From the NCBI GenBank assembly GCA_046758745.1, contig JBHIAV010000027.1, forward strand, positions 1 to 40,998: a stretch of 40,998 nucleotides of DNA. The letters run 5' to 3'. Each line of letters opens with the position of its first letter. The first letter of the stretch is position 1. The stretch comes from Gemmatimonadota bacterium. GTDB lineage: Bacteria > Gemmatimonadota > Gemmatimonadetes > Palauibacterales > Palauibacteraceae. The position numbers and the translations under genes were made by a program. Below are positions 31,089 through 38,364 of this stretch, in pieces. Under the pieces are notes generated by a model. The model was not told where the DNA came from, made no database searches, and was given only the letters and a program-made list of their open reading frames with translations.

Positions 31089-32848
31089 TCGGTCCGGTAG
31101 ACCCGAAGCAGCGGCACCCCCCGCACTGCGAGCTTGTAGAACGGGGCACCGCCGAACCGAGTCAAAGCCCGGTCGATGGACGTGAACTGCGCCCTCCGGT
31201 TGAGCACGAAGACGTAGTCGGCATCGCGGGGAGGACGCAGGTGCGTCACGGCCACGAGGCTACGCGGATCCTCACAGGCGATCGTGCGAACCGTTCCGTC
31301 GGACAGCTCGAGGGCCGTCTCGACCACCCACGACCTCGGCGCATCTCCCACCGCCTGGTAGAAGCAGAGCTCCTCGGTCAAGAAGCCGCCATGGATCACG
31401 GCGTCCGGTGGGATCCGTTCGCGGAGCTCGGCGAGAACGGACGGGCTGAGCGCCTCCTTGAGGTTCGTGACCTCGAGCCCTCTGGCCGCGGCACCTCGGA
31501 TCCCACCGATCAGGACGTTGAAGTACGAGAGCTGATGGGGATGGTACTGAACCGTCCGCAGGCCCGGGAGGGCGAACAGCGCGAGGAACACGAGCGCGCC
31601 TACAAGGTCGCCGCTCGCACCCGTAGCGGCGCTGCGCCGTGTGATCCAGTCCGAGAGCGCGCCGCACCCGATCCCGCTCAGCACGCACAGGAAGGGGAAG
31701 AGGGGAAGAAACAGCCTGATGCCGTCGTGCAACGGCGCCGCCGGTACGAGAAGAGCGCCGTACAGAACGACCGCGTTGAGCAGCGTGAGGGGCACGAGGC
31801 GCGATCCGCGCCATCTTGACAAGCCGGCCGCCATGGCGAGCAGGATGGGGATCGGCACGACGATCGCCGTCCACACGAACGGATAGTGCCAGGGTGCACG
31901 AAAGACGTAAAGCTCACCAAAATATTCGGTTACGATCTGGGCCGCCTCGTCGGCCGATCGGTTCACGCCGGTGGCGAGGTATTCGCGTATCCCCTCCACG
32001 GGCCCGACCCACAGGGCCGGGTCCACCGCGAAGAAGACCACGATGGCGGCCGCGGCGAGGATTGCCGTGGCCCGCAGGTCGAGCCGGCGACGGTGCAGGA
32101 GCCAACCTCCGAGCACAACCACCAGGAGCACGCCCGAGAACTTGGTGGCGCAGGCGGCGCCGAGCAGAAGTCCCGAGGCAACCAGCCAGCGGTCGTCGTC
32201 CGTGCGCAGATACGCCTCCAGGGCGCTCACGCACCAGAACCAGAAGGCGGCGAGGAAGAGGTCGGTGTGAGCCAGGTGTCCGTACGCGAAGAGCGCGGGG
32301 ATCGTCAGGGTGCTCGCTCCCGCCGCGAGTCCCGAAAGGCGGGACCCGGTGGCCCGTGCCGTCACCGCGGCCACGGAGGCCACCAGCGCTCCGTACGTGA
32401 GGAGCACGGCCCCGCGATACGCGGTCAGGGGATCGACCCAACCCTTCAGCGCCAGGTAGGAAAGGCCGCTGAGCTCCCGCGACAGAGGCGGATGCGTCAC
32501 CCGGACGGGCAACCAGCGCCAGTGCTCGAAGACCTCGGTCCGACCCAGGGCCTCGGTGGGCGCTCCCCCCAGCACGGCCTCCAAGAGCTTGTGGGCCCAC
32601 GCGATCTGGCGCAGGGAGCTGTGGAAGTAGAGCCCCACGTCACTGGCGATCCCGTAGTCGCGAGCGGTGAGGAAGGCGGCCGCGGTAGCGAAGAGGAAGA
32701 AGCCGAGGACCAGCCACCCGGTCCCGCCGGGGGGGATCTCGAACTCAACGTGCCGAGAGTCGGGACCAGGCATGGGGCCACCGGGCGCACGGCGGGAGGC
32801 CGCGCCGCCTGCCGTCCGGTGCGAGCCGTGGTCGCCACGCAGTCCCAT
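31085..32848 (-). CDS. ArnT/PMT-like GT-C membrane glycosyltransferase (paralog B; start uncertain, 32848 or 32773)
   Basis: HPP, HLAHTD, TKFSG, PWHYP, HDGIRLFLP, SYFNVLIGG; colinear with paralog A. Confidence 0.8.
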   Translation of the reverse strand: MGLRGDHGSHRTAGGAASRRAPGGPMPGPDSRHVEFEIPPGGTGWLVLGFFLFATAAAFLTARDYGIASDVGLYFHSSLRQIAWAHKLLEAVLGGAPTEALGRTEVFEHWRWLPVRVTHPPLSRELSGLSYLALKGWVDPLTAYRGAVLLTYGALVASVAAVTARATGSRLSGLAAGASTLTIPALFAYGHLAHTDLFLAAFWFWCVSALEAYLRTDDDRWLVASGLLLGAACATKFSGVLLVVVLGGWLLHRRRLDLRATAILAAAAIVVFFAVDPALWVGPVEGIREYLATGVNRSADEAAQIVTEYFGELYVFRAPWHYPFVWTAIVVPIPILLAMAAGLSRWRGSRLVPLTLLNAVVLYGALLVPAAPLHDGIRLFLPLFPFLCVLSGIGCGALSDWITRRSAATGASGDLVGALVFLALFALPGLRTVQYHPHQLSYFNVLIGGIRGAAARGLEVTNLKEALSPSVLAELRERIPPDAVIHGGFLTEELCFYQAVGDAPRSWVVETALELSDGTVRTIACEDPRSLVAVTHLRPPRDADYVFVLNRRAQFTSIDRALTRFGGAPFYKLAVRGVPLLRVYRTE

Positions 32849-32873
32849 CTCGCCTTCCCGGCCTACCACCGGT

Positions 32874-33755
32874 CTACCATTCGAGGTCGGGCCGTCCAGC
32901 CGCCTGCTCCGATCCGCTCCGGGCGTCGCTTCCGGCATCGCGGCGCCCGGCGCACTCGGCCTCCGTGCCCTCATCCCCGGCGGCTGTGACGGTGCTCCGC
33001 CCACCGCCGTCGGTCGCGGGGCGGCACACCGCGACCAGGGAAAGGCCGAGCGGGAGCCGTCCCCGCCGCACCGACGTCACCTCCCACCGGCAGAGTCGGT
33101 AGAGTGCCTCGTTCGCCCATGCCGGCAGCGGGTAGAAATCATCCCGGCGCATCGCGCCGGGCAACAGGCGCGCCCGAACCCGCTTCGCCCAACGAACGAG
33201 CCAGGCGACCGGAAAGACGGTGGCAAACCCGTAGCACAGCTGCACGACCGACAGGCCGTTCTCACGCAGCTTTCTCTCCAGCTCCTTGCGGGTGTAGCGG
33301 CGTTTGTGGTGCAGCACCTCATCGTGGGGGGACCACAGGAAACGGTGCGCGGGCACCGTGATGAGGCAGACCGCACCGGGGCTCGAGATTCTCCGCATCT
33401 CCCGGATCGCCGCAGCGTCATCCTCCAGGTGCTCCAGCACGTCGAGCACCAGCACCGCATCGAGGCTGCCGTCGGCGATCGGGAGCTGCAGGCAGGAGGC
33501 CCGCACGAGCCGCTCCACGCGGCGGGCACTGGAGTAGCGGATCGCCTGCGGCTCGTGCTCGAAGCCGTAGGCCACGGCGGCGAGGGGGAGTCCCGCCAGC
33601 ATCTGCCCCGTTCCGCTCCCGAGGTCCGCGATCCGAGGCCTGGACCCCGGGACGACGAACTCCTCGAGGAGCGCGTACACGTAGTCCCGCTTGAGACGGA
33701 ACCACCAGTACCGTACCTCAATCTCGAACATCCCGCGGTATTGCTCGGGCTCCAT
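32874..33755 (-). CDS. class I SAM-dependent methyltransferase
   Basis: DLGSGTG, DVLEHLEDD, ITVPA, WSPHD…HKRRY. Confidence 0.88.
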   Translation of the reverse strand: MEPEQYRGMFEIEVRYWWFRLKRDYVYALLEEFVVPGSRPRIADLGSGTGQMLAGLPLAAVAYGFEHEPQAIRYSSARRVERLVRASCLQLPIADGSLDAVLVLDVLEHLEDDAAAIREMRRISSPGAVCLITVPAHRFLWSPHDEVLHHKRRYTRKELERKLRENGLSVVQLCYGFATVFPVAWLVRWAKRVRARLLPGAMRRDDFYPLPAWANEALYRLCRWEVTSVRRGRLPLGLSLVAVCRPATDGGGRSTVTAAGDEGTEAECAGRRDAGSDARSGSEQAAGRPDLEW

Positions 33756-36148
33756 CAGGGCGCTCGCAGTCTATGGCCGGTCGGTCGGCCGGCGAACAGG
33801 GCGATCGCCGCCAGGAGAGAGGCCGCGCTGATCCAGCCGCCGACCCGGAAGCTCGCCGGCGCGAAGCGGAACGCCACCTCGCTCTCGCCCGCCGGCACGA
33901 CCACGGCGCGGAAGACGCCGTTCGCCCGGTGGATCCGCGCCGGTCGGCCGTTCACCTCGACCCTCCACCCCGGGTAGAACCGGTCCGTGAGAACGAGGAG
34001 CATCGGGCGGTTCGCGCGGGCACGCAGACGGACTCGATTGTTCCGGAAGAGCATGCCCCAGAGCTCGCCCTCGGCCGATCCGCCGGCCGCGGATCCCGAG
34101 GGCAGCGGAGGCACCTCTTCCAGCACCACCCGCCGCTGGAGAGGAAAGTCCGGCTGAAGCGCCCGCCGCAGCGCCTCGGCGGGGGAGCCGGCCACCTCGT
34201 GCTGCGCGACGAGATACGCTCTCGGCACCGGGTCCTGGACCTCGTAGACCCGGATCGGGAGATCAGGGCTCGTGGCCACGAGCTCAAGTCCGTCCAGCGA
34301 GCCACCGAACTGCGTCGCGTCGGCGTAGTAGCGCACGTTCGTGGCCCGCAGGATCCGGACCGGGTCGGGGGTCCACTCGTGCAGCGCCGCCTCGATGAGT
34401 AGCGAGACCGAGGCGAGCTCCACCCCCTCGAGGCCATCCTGGGCCAGATGGCCGAACAGCAGACCCGCGTTGGGGCCGAGGGTCTGGAAGTCGAGATACA
34501 TGTTGGTGAGCTCCCACGCCCCCTTCACCGTCACGATGCTCCCCATGGCGGCGGAGAGGGAAGAGCCCCGGAACCGGTAGGCCTGCCGGTCGGGTCCCCG
34601 CTCGGTCAGCAGCTCCGACGTCCAGGGAGGAGTCTCGTACACTGCCGCGTCCACCATGGGGTTGACGGCCCGGTGCGCCAGGACCAGGTCGGCCGCCAGG
34701 AGGAGCGTCGCGACCAGGGCGAGCGCACGCGCGCCGAGGCGGGCCCGCGCCCGCACGGCCGCCAGGACGAGAATCGCCCCCACAGCGCCGCTCACCCCGA
34801 GCGCCTCCAGGGCGTACAGAGAACGCGAGCCATCCGGATCGCCGCACAGAAGCGCATCTCGAAGCCACGAGCCACAGGCGCGGGAGAGAGCGCCCCGGTC
34901 GAGGGCGAGGAGCGCGGCTACCGAAAGGTAGACGGCGAACAGACCGAGGCCGATCCACACGAGGCGTCGCGCTCGCTTTCCGCCAGCCAGCCAGGTCTCG
35001 ACGCCGTGCGCCGCCATCACCGGAAGCGCGAGGGCGGTGAGGAAGTAGAACTTCTCCGGATAGCGGAGAGGGCGGAGCAGCGGTACCCACTCGAAGAGGG
35101 CCGGATAGAGCGGCGTGTACCGGCCAAGCGCCAGAGCCACGCCCAGTAGCGCGGTGGCGCCCCAGAATGCGAGCCACCGGCGCGACTTCGGCTCGAGCGC
35201 TCCGTTGAGCGCGAACAGGATCACCAGCGAGCCGGGGTAGATGCTGAGGAGCCACGGAACGCCTGCCGTGGCCATGTTCCGCGTGGTGAACCCGTGCACC
35301 CCGGCGGCGAGCGCGGGCGGGAGAGCGAAGTGGAGCAGGCTCCTCGGCTCGAGCGAGCGCCGCGCCACATACTCCATGCCGATATCGAGCGTACGCACGG
35401 ACTCCCGGATGTACTCCAGGAACGGGAGGAGCTGGACCGCCGCGAGGCCGAGTGCCAGCGCGCCGACGCCCGCGAAGGCGACGAGCTGGCGCCTCCGACC
35501 CATGTCGGCCCGCTCCACCCCGACGAGCCCGTGCAGGAAGAGCAGGAGGAGGCCGATCGCCAGCATCTGGGGCGCTCCGCCGAGGAACGCCACCACGCTC
35601 AGTCCGGCGAACACGACGGCGTCGCGGCGGCGCCCGGCGCTTACGAAGCGGTCCCACACGAGCATCAGCCAGGGGAGCCACGCCACCGTCTGCAGGTTGT
35701 TCGGGAAGTTCGCGATCGAAACGAAGTACCCCCCCAGCATGAACCCGAGCGCTCCGAAGAGCGCTGGGGCGGGGGCATGACCCCAGCGTCGCAAGAGCGT
35801 CCACATCCCCACCCCTGCGAGCGGGAAGTGAAGGACGAGAAGGAGGTTGAACGCGAAAGGCAGCGGCAGGAGGTAGAGAACGGCGCTCGGCGGGTACAGG
35901 ACGCCCGGCTGGAGTGAGGCGAAGAAGGGCTCTCCGTTCACGACCCACGGGTTCCACAGCGGAAACTCTCCGGCACGCACCGATGCCGCCAGGTACACCT
36001 TCATCGGGTAGAAGAACGGGGCGATGTCTCGGCTGAAGAAGGCCTCTCCCCCGAACAGGGCGCTGTGGAAGAGGAGCCCGCACGGCAGCAGCAGCGCCGG
36101 GAGCGCTACCAATCCGACCCGCCATCTCCCCGAAACGGGCGGGATCAT
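33755..36148 (-). CDS. YfhO-like polytopic membrane protein (GT-C glycosyltransferase)
   Basis: RD…FYP, PLWNP…GEPF, LYP, LRYPEKF, C-terminal DRFYPGWRVEVNG…FRAVVVPAG and a final TM. Confidence 0.82.
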   Translation of the reverse strand: MIPPVSGRWRVGLVALPALLLPCGLLFHSALFGGEAFFSRDIAPFFYPMKVYLAASVRAGEFPLWNPWVVNGEPFFASLQPGVLYPPSAVLYLLPLPFAFNLLLVLHFPLAGVGMWTLLRRWGHAPAPALFGALGFMLGGYFVSIANFPNNLQTVAWLPWLMLVWDRFVSAGRRRDAVVFAGLSVVAFLGGAPQMLAIGLLLLFLHGLVGVERADMGRRRQLVAFAGVGALALGLAAVQLLPFLEYIRESVRTLDIGMEYVARRSLEPRSLLHFALPPALAAGVHGFTTRNMATAGVPWLLSIYPGSLVILFALNGALEPKSRRWLAFWGATALLGVALALGRYTPLYPALFEWVPLLRPLRYPEKFYFLTALALPVMAAHGVETWLAGGKRARRLVWIGLGLFAVYLSVAALLALDRGALSRACGSWLRDALLCGDPDGSRSLYALEALGVSGAVGAILVLAAVRARARLGARALALVATLLLAADLVLAHRAVNPMVDAAVYETPPWTSELLTERGPDRQAYRFRGSSLSAAMGSIVTVKGAWELTNMYLDFQTLGPNAGLLFGHLAQDGLEGVELASVSLLIEAALHEWTPDPVRILRATNVRYYADATQFGGSLDGLELVATSPDLPIRVYEVQDPVPRAYLVAQHEVAGSPAEALRRALQPDFPLQRRVVLEEVPPLPSGSAAGGSAEGELWGMLFRNNRVRLRARANRPMLLVLTDRFYPGWRVEVNGRPARIHRANGVFRAVVVPAGESEVAFRFAPASFRVGGWISAASLLAAIALFAGRPTGHRLRAP

Positions 36149-36180
36149 CGACCCACACGGAGGAACCGGAGCGGACTACG

Positions 36181-36216
36181 AGAAAAGGGGCGCAGTGACG
36201 GAACCACTGCGCCCCT
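36181..36216 (-). terminator. intrinsic terminator downstream of the major pilin
   Basis: Perfect 12-bp inverted repeat AGGGGCGCAGTG/CACTGCGCCCCT with a 7-nt loop, followed on the minus strand by TTTCT. Confidence 0.8.
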
Positions 36217-36254
36217 GTTCGACAGGCGTAGGGCGAAGAGCCCGCTCGTTCGCC

Positions 36255-36623
36255 TTACGGGGCCTTCTGGATCTTCCCCTCGATGGAGCTCCCCGACCCC
36301 GACTCCACCCAGAAAGTGTTTCCGGATGCCGTGTGCGACGCCGTGACGAGGTAGCCGGCGGCGGAGCCGCCCGAGCTGATCGCGATGCCCTGACTGGTGG
36401 TGAAGTTTCCGGTCGCCAGGGCCGCGGTGGCGTACGCTTGGTTGTCCGCGAAGTACGCCTCCATCGCCGACATCGCGTTCCGGACGTCGCTCTTCGCCGT
36501 GGCGTCGAACGCCTTCTCCTTGGTGCTGGCGAACTGCGGGATGGCGATGGCTGCCAGGATCCCGATGATCACCACCACGATGAGGAGCTCGATGAGGGTG
36601 AATCCCTTTGAGTTGCGGAGCAT
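36255..36623 (-). CDS. pilA: major type IVa pilin (122 aa prepilin, 115 aa mature)
   Basis: GGAGGG SD; MLRNSKG|FTLIELLIVVVIIGILAAIAIPQF; directly downstream of pilSR, with its own sigma54 promoter and terminator. Confidence 0.92.
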   Translation of the reverse strand: MLRNSKGFTLIELLIVVVIIGILAAIAIPQFASTKEKAFDATAKSDVRNAMSAMEAYFADNQAYATAALATGNFTTSQGIAISSGGSAAGYLVTASHTASGNTFWVESGSGSSIEGKIQKAP

Positions 36624-36716
36624 CTTCCCTCCACTGGTTCGTAGATTGTGAAACGGTCCCTCGCCCTTTTGCCTGGGTGGCAACCGGTGGAGGGCTGCCG
36701 CCCGCGCACGCCAAGC

Positions 36717-36732
36717 GGCAACCCGCGTGCCG
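36717..36732 (-). promoter_or_regulatory. sigma54 -24/-12 promoter of pilA
   Basis: CGGCACGCGGGTTGCC matches GGCACN5TTGC. Confidence 0.85.
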
Positions 36733-36819
36733 CCCTGTTTGGGATCGAGAGTGGCTTGCGTGGGCGTCACTTACCGGTAGACGGGGGGGGTTGTGGAGGG
36801 GCCGCCCGGAACTCCTGGC

Positions 36820-36853
36820 TTGCAGGTTGCAAGGAGCCATCCCCATCTGCAAC
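36820..36853. promoter_or_regulatory. candidate PilR upstream activating sequence
   Basis: TTGCA-GGT-TGCAA and GTTGCA-N16-TGCAAC inverted repeats ~90-120 bp upstream of the -24 element. Confidence 0.35.
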
Positions 36854-37014
36854 GCCGCGGATCGGAGAGAATCCGTGCCTCGACAGCCCGTCAGACCACG
36901 GGAGCCCTTCTGCGGCCCCGCCCGGGGAGGGCGACCACCGACGACCGGTCCCGGGCCCGTCCCGGCCCGCCGGCCAGCGCCCCCTCCCCCGGCCACCGGT
37001 CCCCGAATACCCCG

Positions 37015-38364
37015 TCAGCCGTCGAGGTCGTATCGCTTGATCTTGCGGTACAGTGTGCTGGGATCGATGCCGAGGACCTCGGCGGCCCGGGTCTTGTTGC
37101 CGCCCTCCGCGCGCAGGACATGCTCGATGTACGCGCGCTCGATGATCTCGAGGGTGGGGTTGGCCGGGGGACCCTGCTGGACGAGCGGCTCCTGGGGCTT
37201 TTCCCGCAGATTGTCCGGCAGCACGTCGGGCCGGATGACGTCGCCGGACGTGAGGACCCCGGCTCGCTCCATGACGTTCTCGAGCTCCCGCACGTTGCCG
37301 GGCCATCGGTACTCCTGAAGGACGACCAGTGCTTCCTTGGAGAGCTTCTTGGGACCGTGCCGGCTCAGGAAGTGCTCCGCGAGAAGCGGAATATCATCCT
37401 CGCGTTCCCGCAGCGGAGGCAGGTCGACGCAGATCACGTTGAGCCGGTAGTAGAGGTCACTCCGAAAACGACCGTCCTCGATGTCCCGATCGAGGTCCCG
37501 GTTCGTGGCCGCGATGAGGCGAACGTCCACCGAGATGGGCTCCGTGGCGCCGACCGGAACCACCTCTCGCTGCTGCAGCACCCGAAGTAGCTTGATCTGG
37601 GTGGAGGGGGCCATCTCCCCCACCTCGTCCAGGAAAAAGCTCCCGCCGGAGGCGGCGACGAACAGACCCTCCTTGTCCTTCACGGCGCCGGTAAAGCTGC
37701 CCTTCAGGTGGCCGAACAGCTCGGACTCCAGCAGGCCCTCCGGAAGAGCTCCGCAGTTGAGCGAGAGGAACCTCGCGTCGGCCCGGGTGGAGAGGTCATG
37801 GATGTACCGGGCGAACACCTCCTTACCGGTGCCGCTCTCGCCGCGAATGAGGATGGTGGAATCGCTCTCCGCGACGCTCTCGGCGAGCTCGAGCGCCTCA
37901 CGGAATGCCGGGCTGGTCCCGATGGGTCTGCCGGCGTCCTTCGTCCGCTGCTTCTTCAGCTCTGTCTTGAGCCCCTTGTTCTCCTTGACCACCCGGCCCC
38001 AGTCGAGCGAGCGCCGCAGGATCGCCAGTAGCTCCTCGTTGGCAAACGGCTTCTGCACGTAGTGCGTTGCGCCCAGGTTCACGGCCTGGATGGCGGACTG
38101 CAGGGAGGCCTGGGCGGTCATGAGCACGACCGGGGTTTCGGGACTCTTCTCGCGGATCGCTTGCAGCACCTCTACCCCGCTCATCCTCGGCATGCGCACG
38201 TCCGTGAGGACGATGTCGGGCCTCGCTTCGCCGAACTTCTTGAGGCCCTTCTCTCCGGTGAGAGCCGAAACGACCTCGAAGCCCTCTCGCTTGAGCAACA
38301 CCGACAGCGTCTCGACCAGGCTCTGCTCGTCGTCGATCAGCAGCAGGACAGGCTTGTCTCTCAT
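37015..38364 (-). CDS. pilR: sigma54-dependent response regulator, PilR-like
   Basis: Intact receiver (IDDE, VLTD, QKPF), [30 protein letters not shown]; lies between the kinase and pilA. Confidence 0.85.
   Translation of the reverse strand: MRDKPVLLLIDDEQSLVETLSVLLKREGFEVVSALTGEKGLKKFGEARPDIVLTDVRMPRMSGVEVLQAIREKSPETPVVLMTAQASLQSAIQAVNLGATHYVQKPFANEELLAILRRSLDWGRVVKENKGLKTELKKQRTKDAGRPIGTSPAFREALELAESVAESDSTILIRGESGTGKEVFARYIHDLSTRADARFLSLNCGALPEGLLESELFGHLKGSFTGAVKDKEGLFVAASGGSFFLDEVGEMAPSTQIKLLRVLQQREVVPVGATEPISVDVRLIAATNRDLDRDIEDGRFRSDLYYRLNVICVDLPPLREREDDIPLLAEHFLSRHGPKKLSKEALVVLQEYRWPGNVRELENVMERAGVLTSGDVIRPDVLPDNLREKPQEPLVQQGPPANPTLEIIERAYIEHVLRAEGGNKTRAAEVLGIDPSTLYRKIKRYDLDG

Noticed and set aside
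36624-36770. Extended N-termini given by the ORF track for pilA and likewise for aroC, pilM, fimT, xerC and the GT2
   Set aside because: Downstream starts have better SD sequences or stop/start overlaps and match family N-termini; several extensions run through predicted promoters
29563-36790. G8/C8 tracts (29563-29570 and 31015-31022 in a GT-C gene; 36783-36790 upstream of pilA) as phase-variation sites
   Set aside because: At roughly 70% GC a simple independence estimate gives about ten such runs per 41 kb; all frames are intact. Read-level length heterogeneity would be needed to support it
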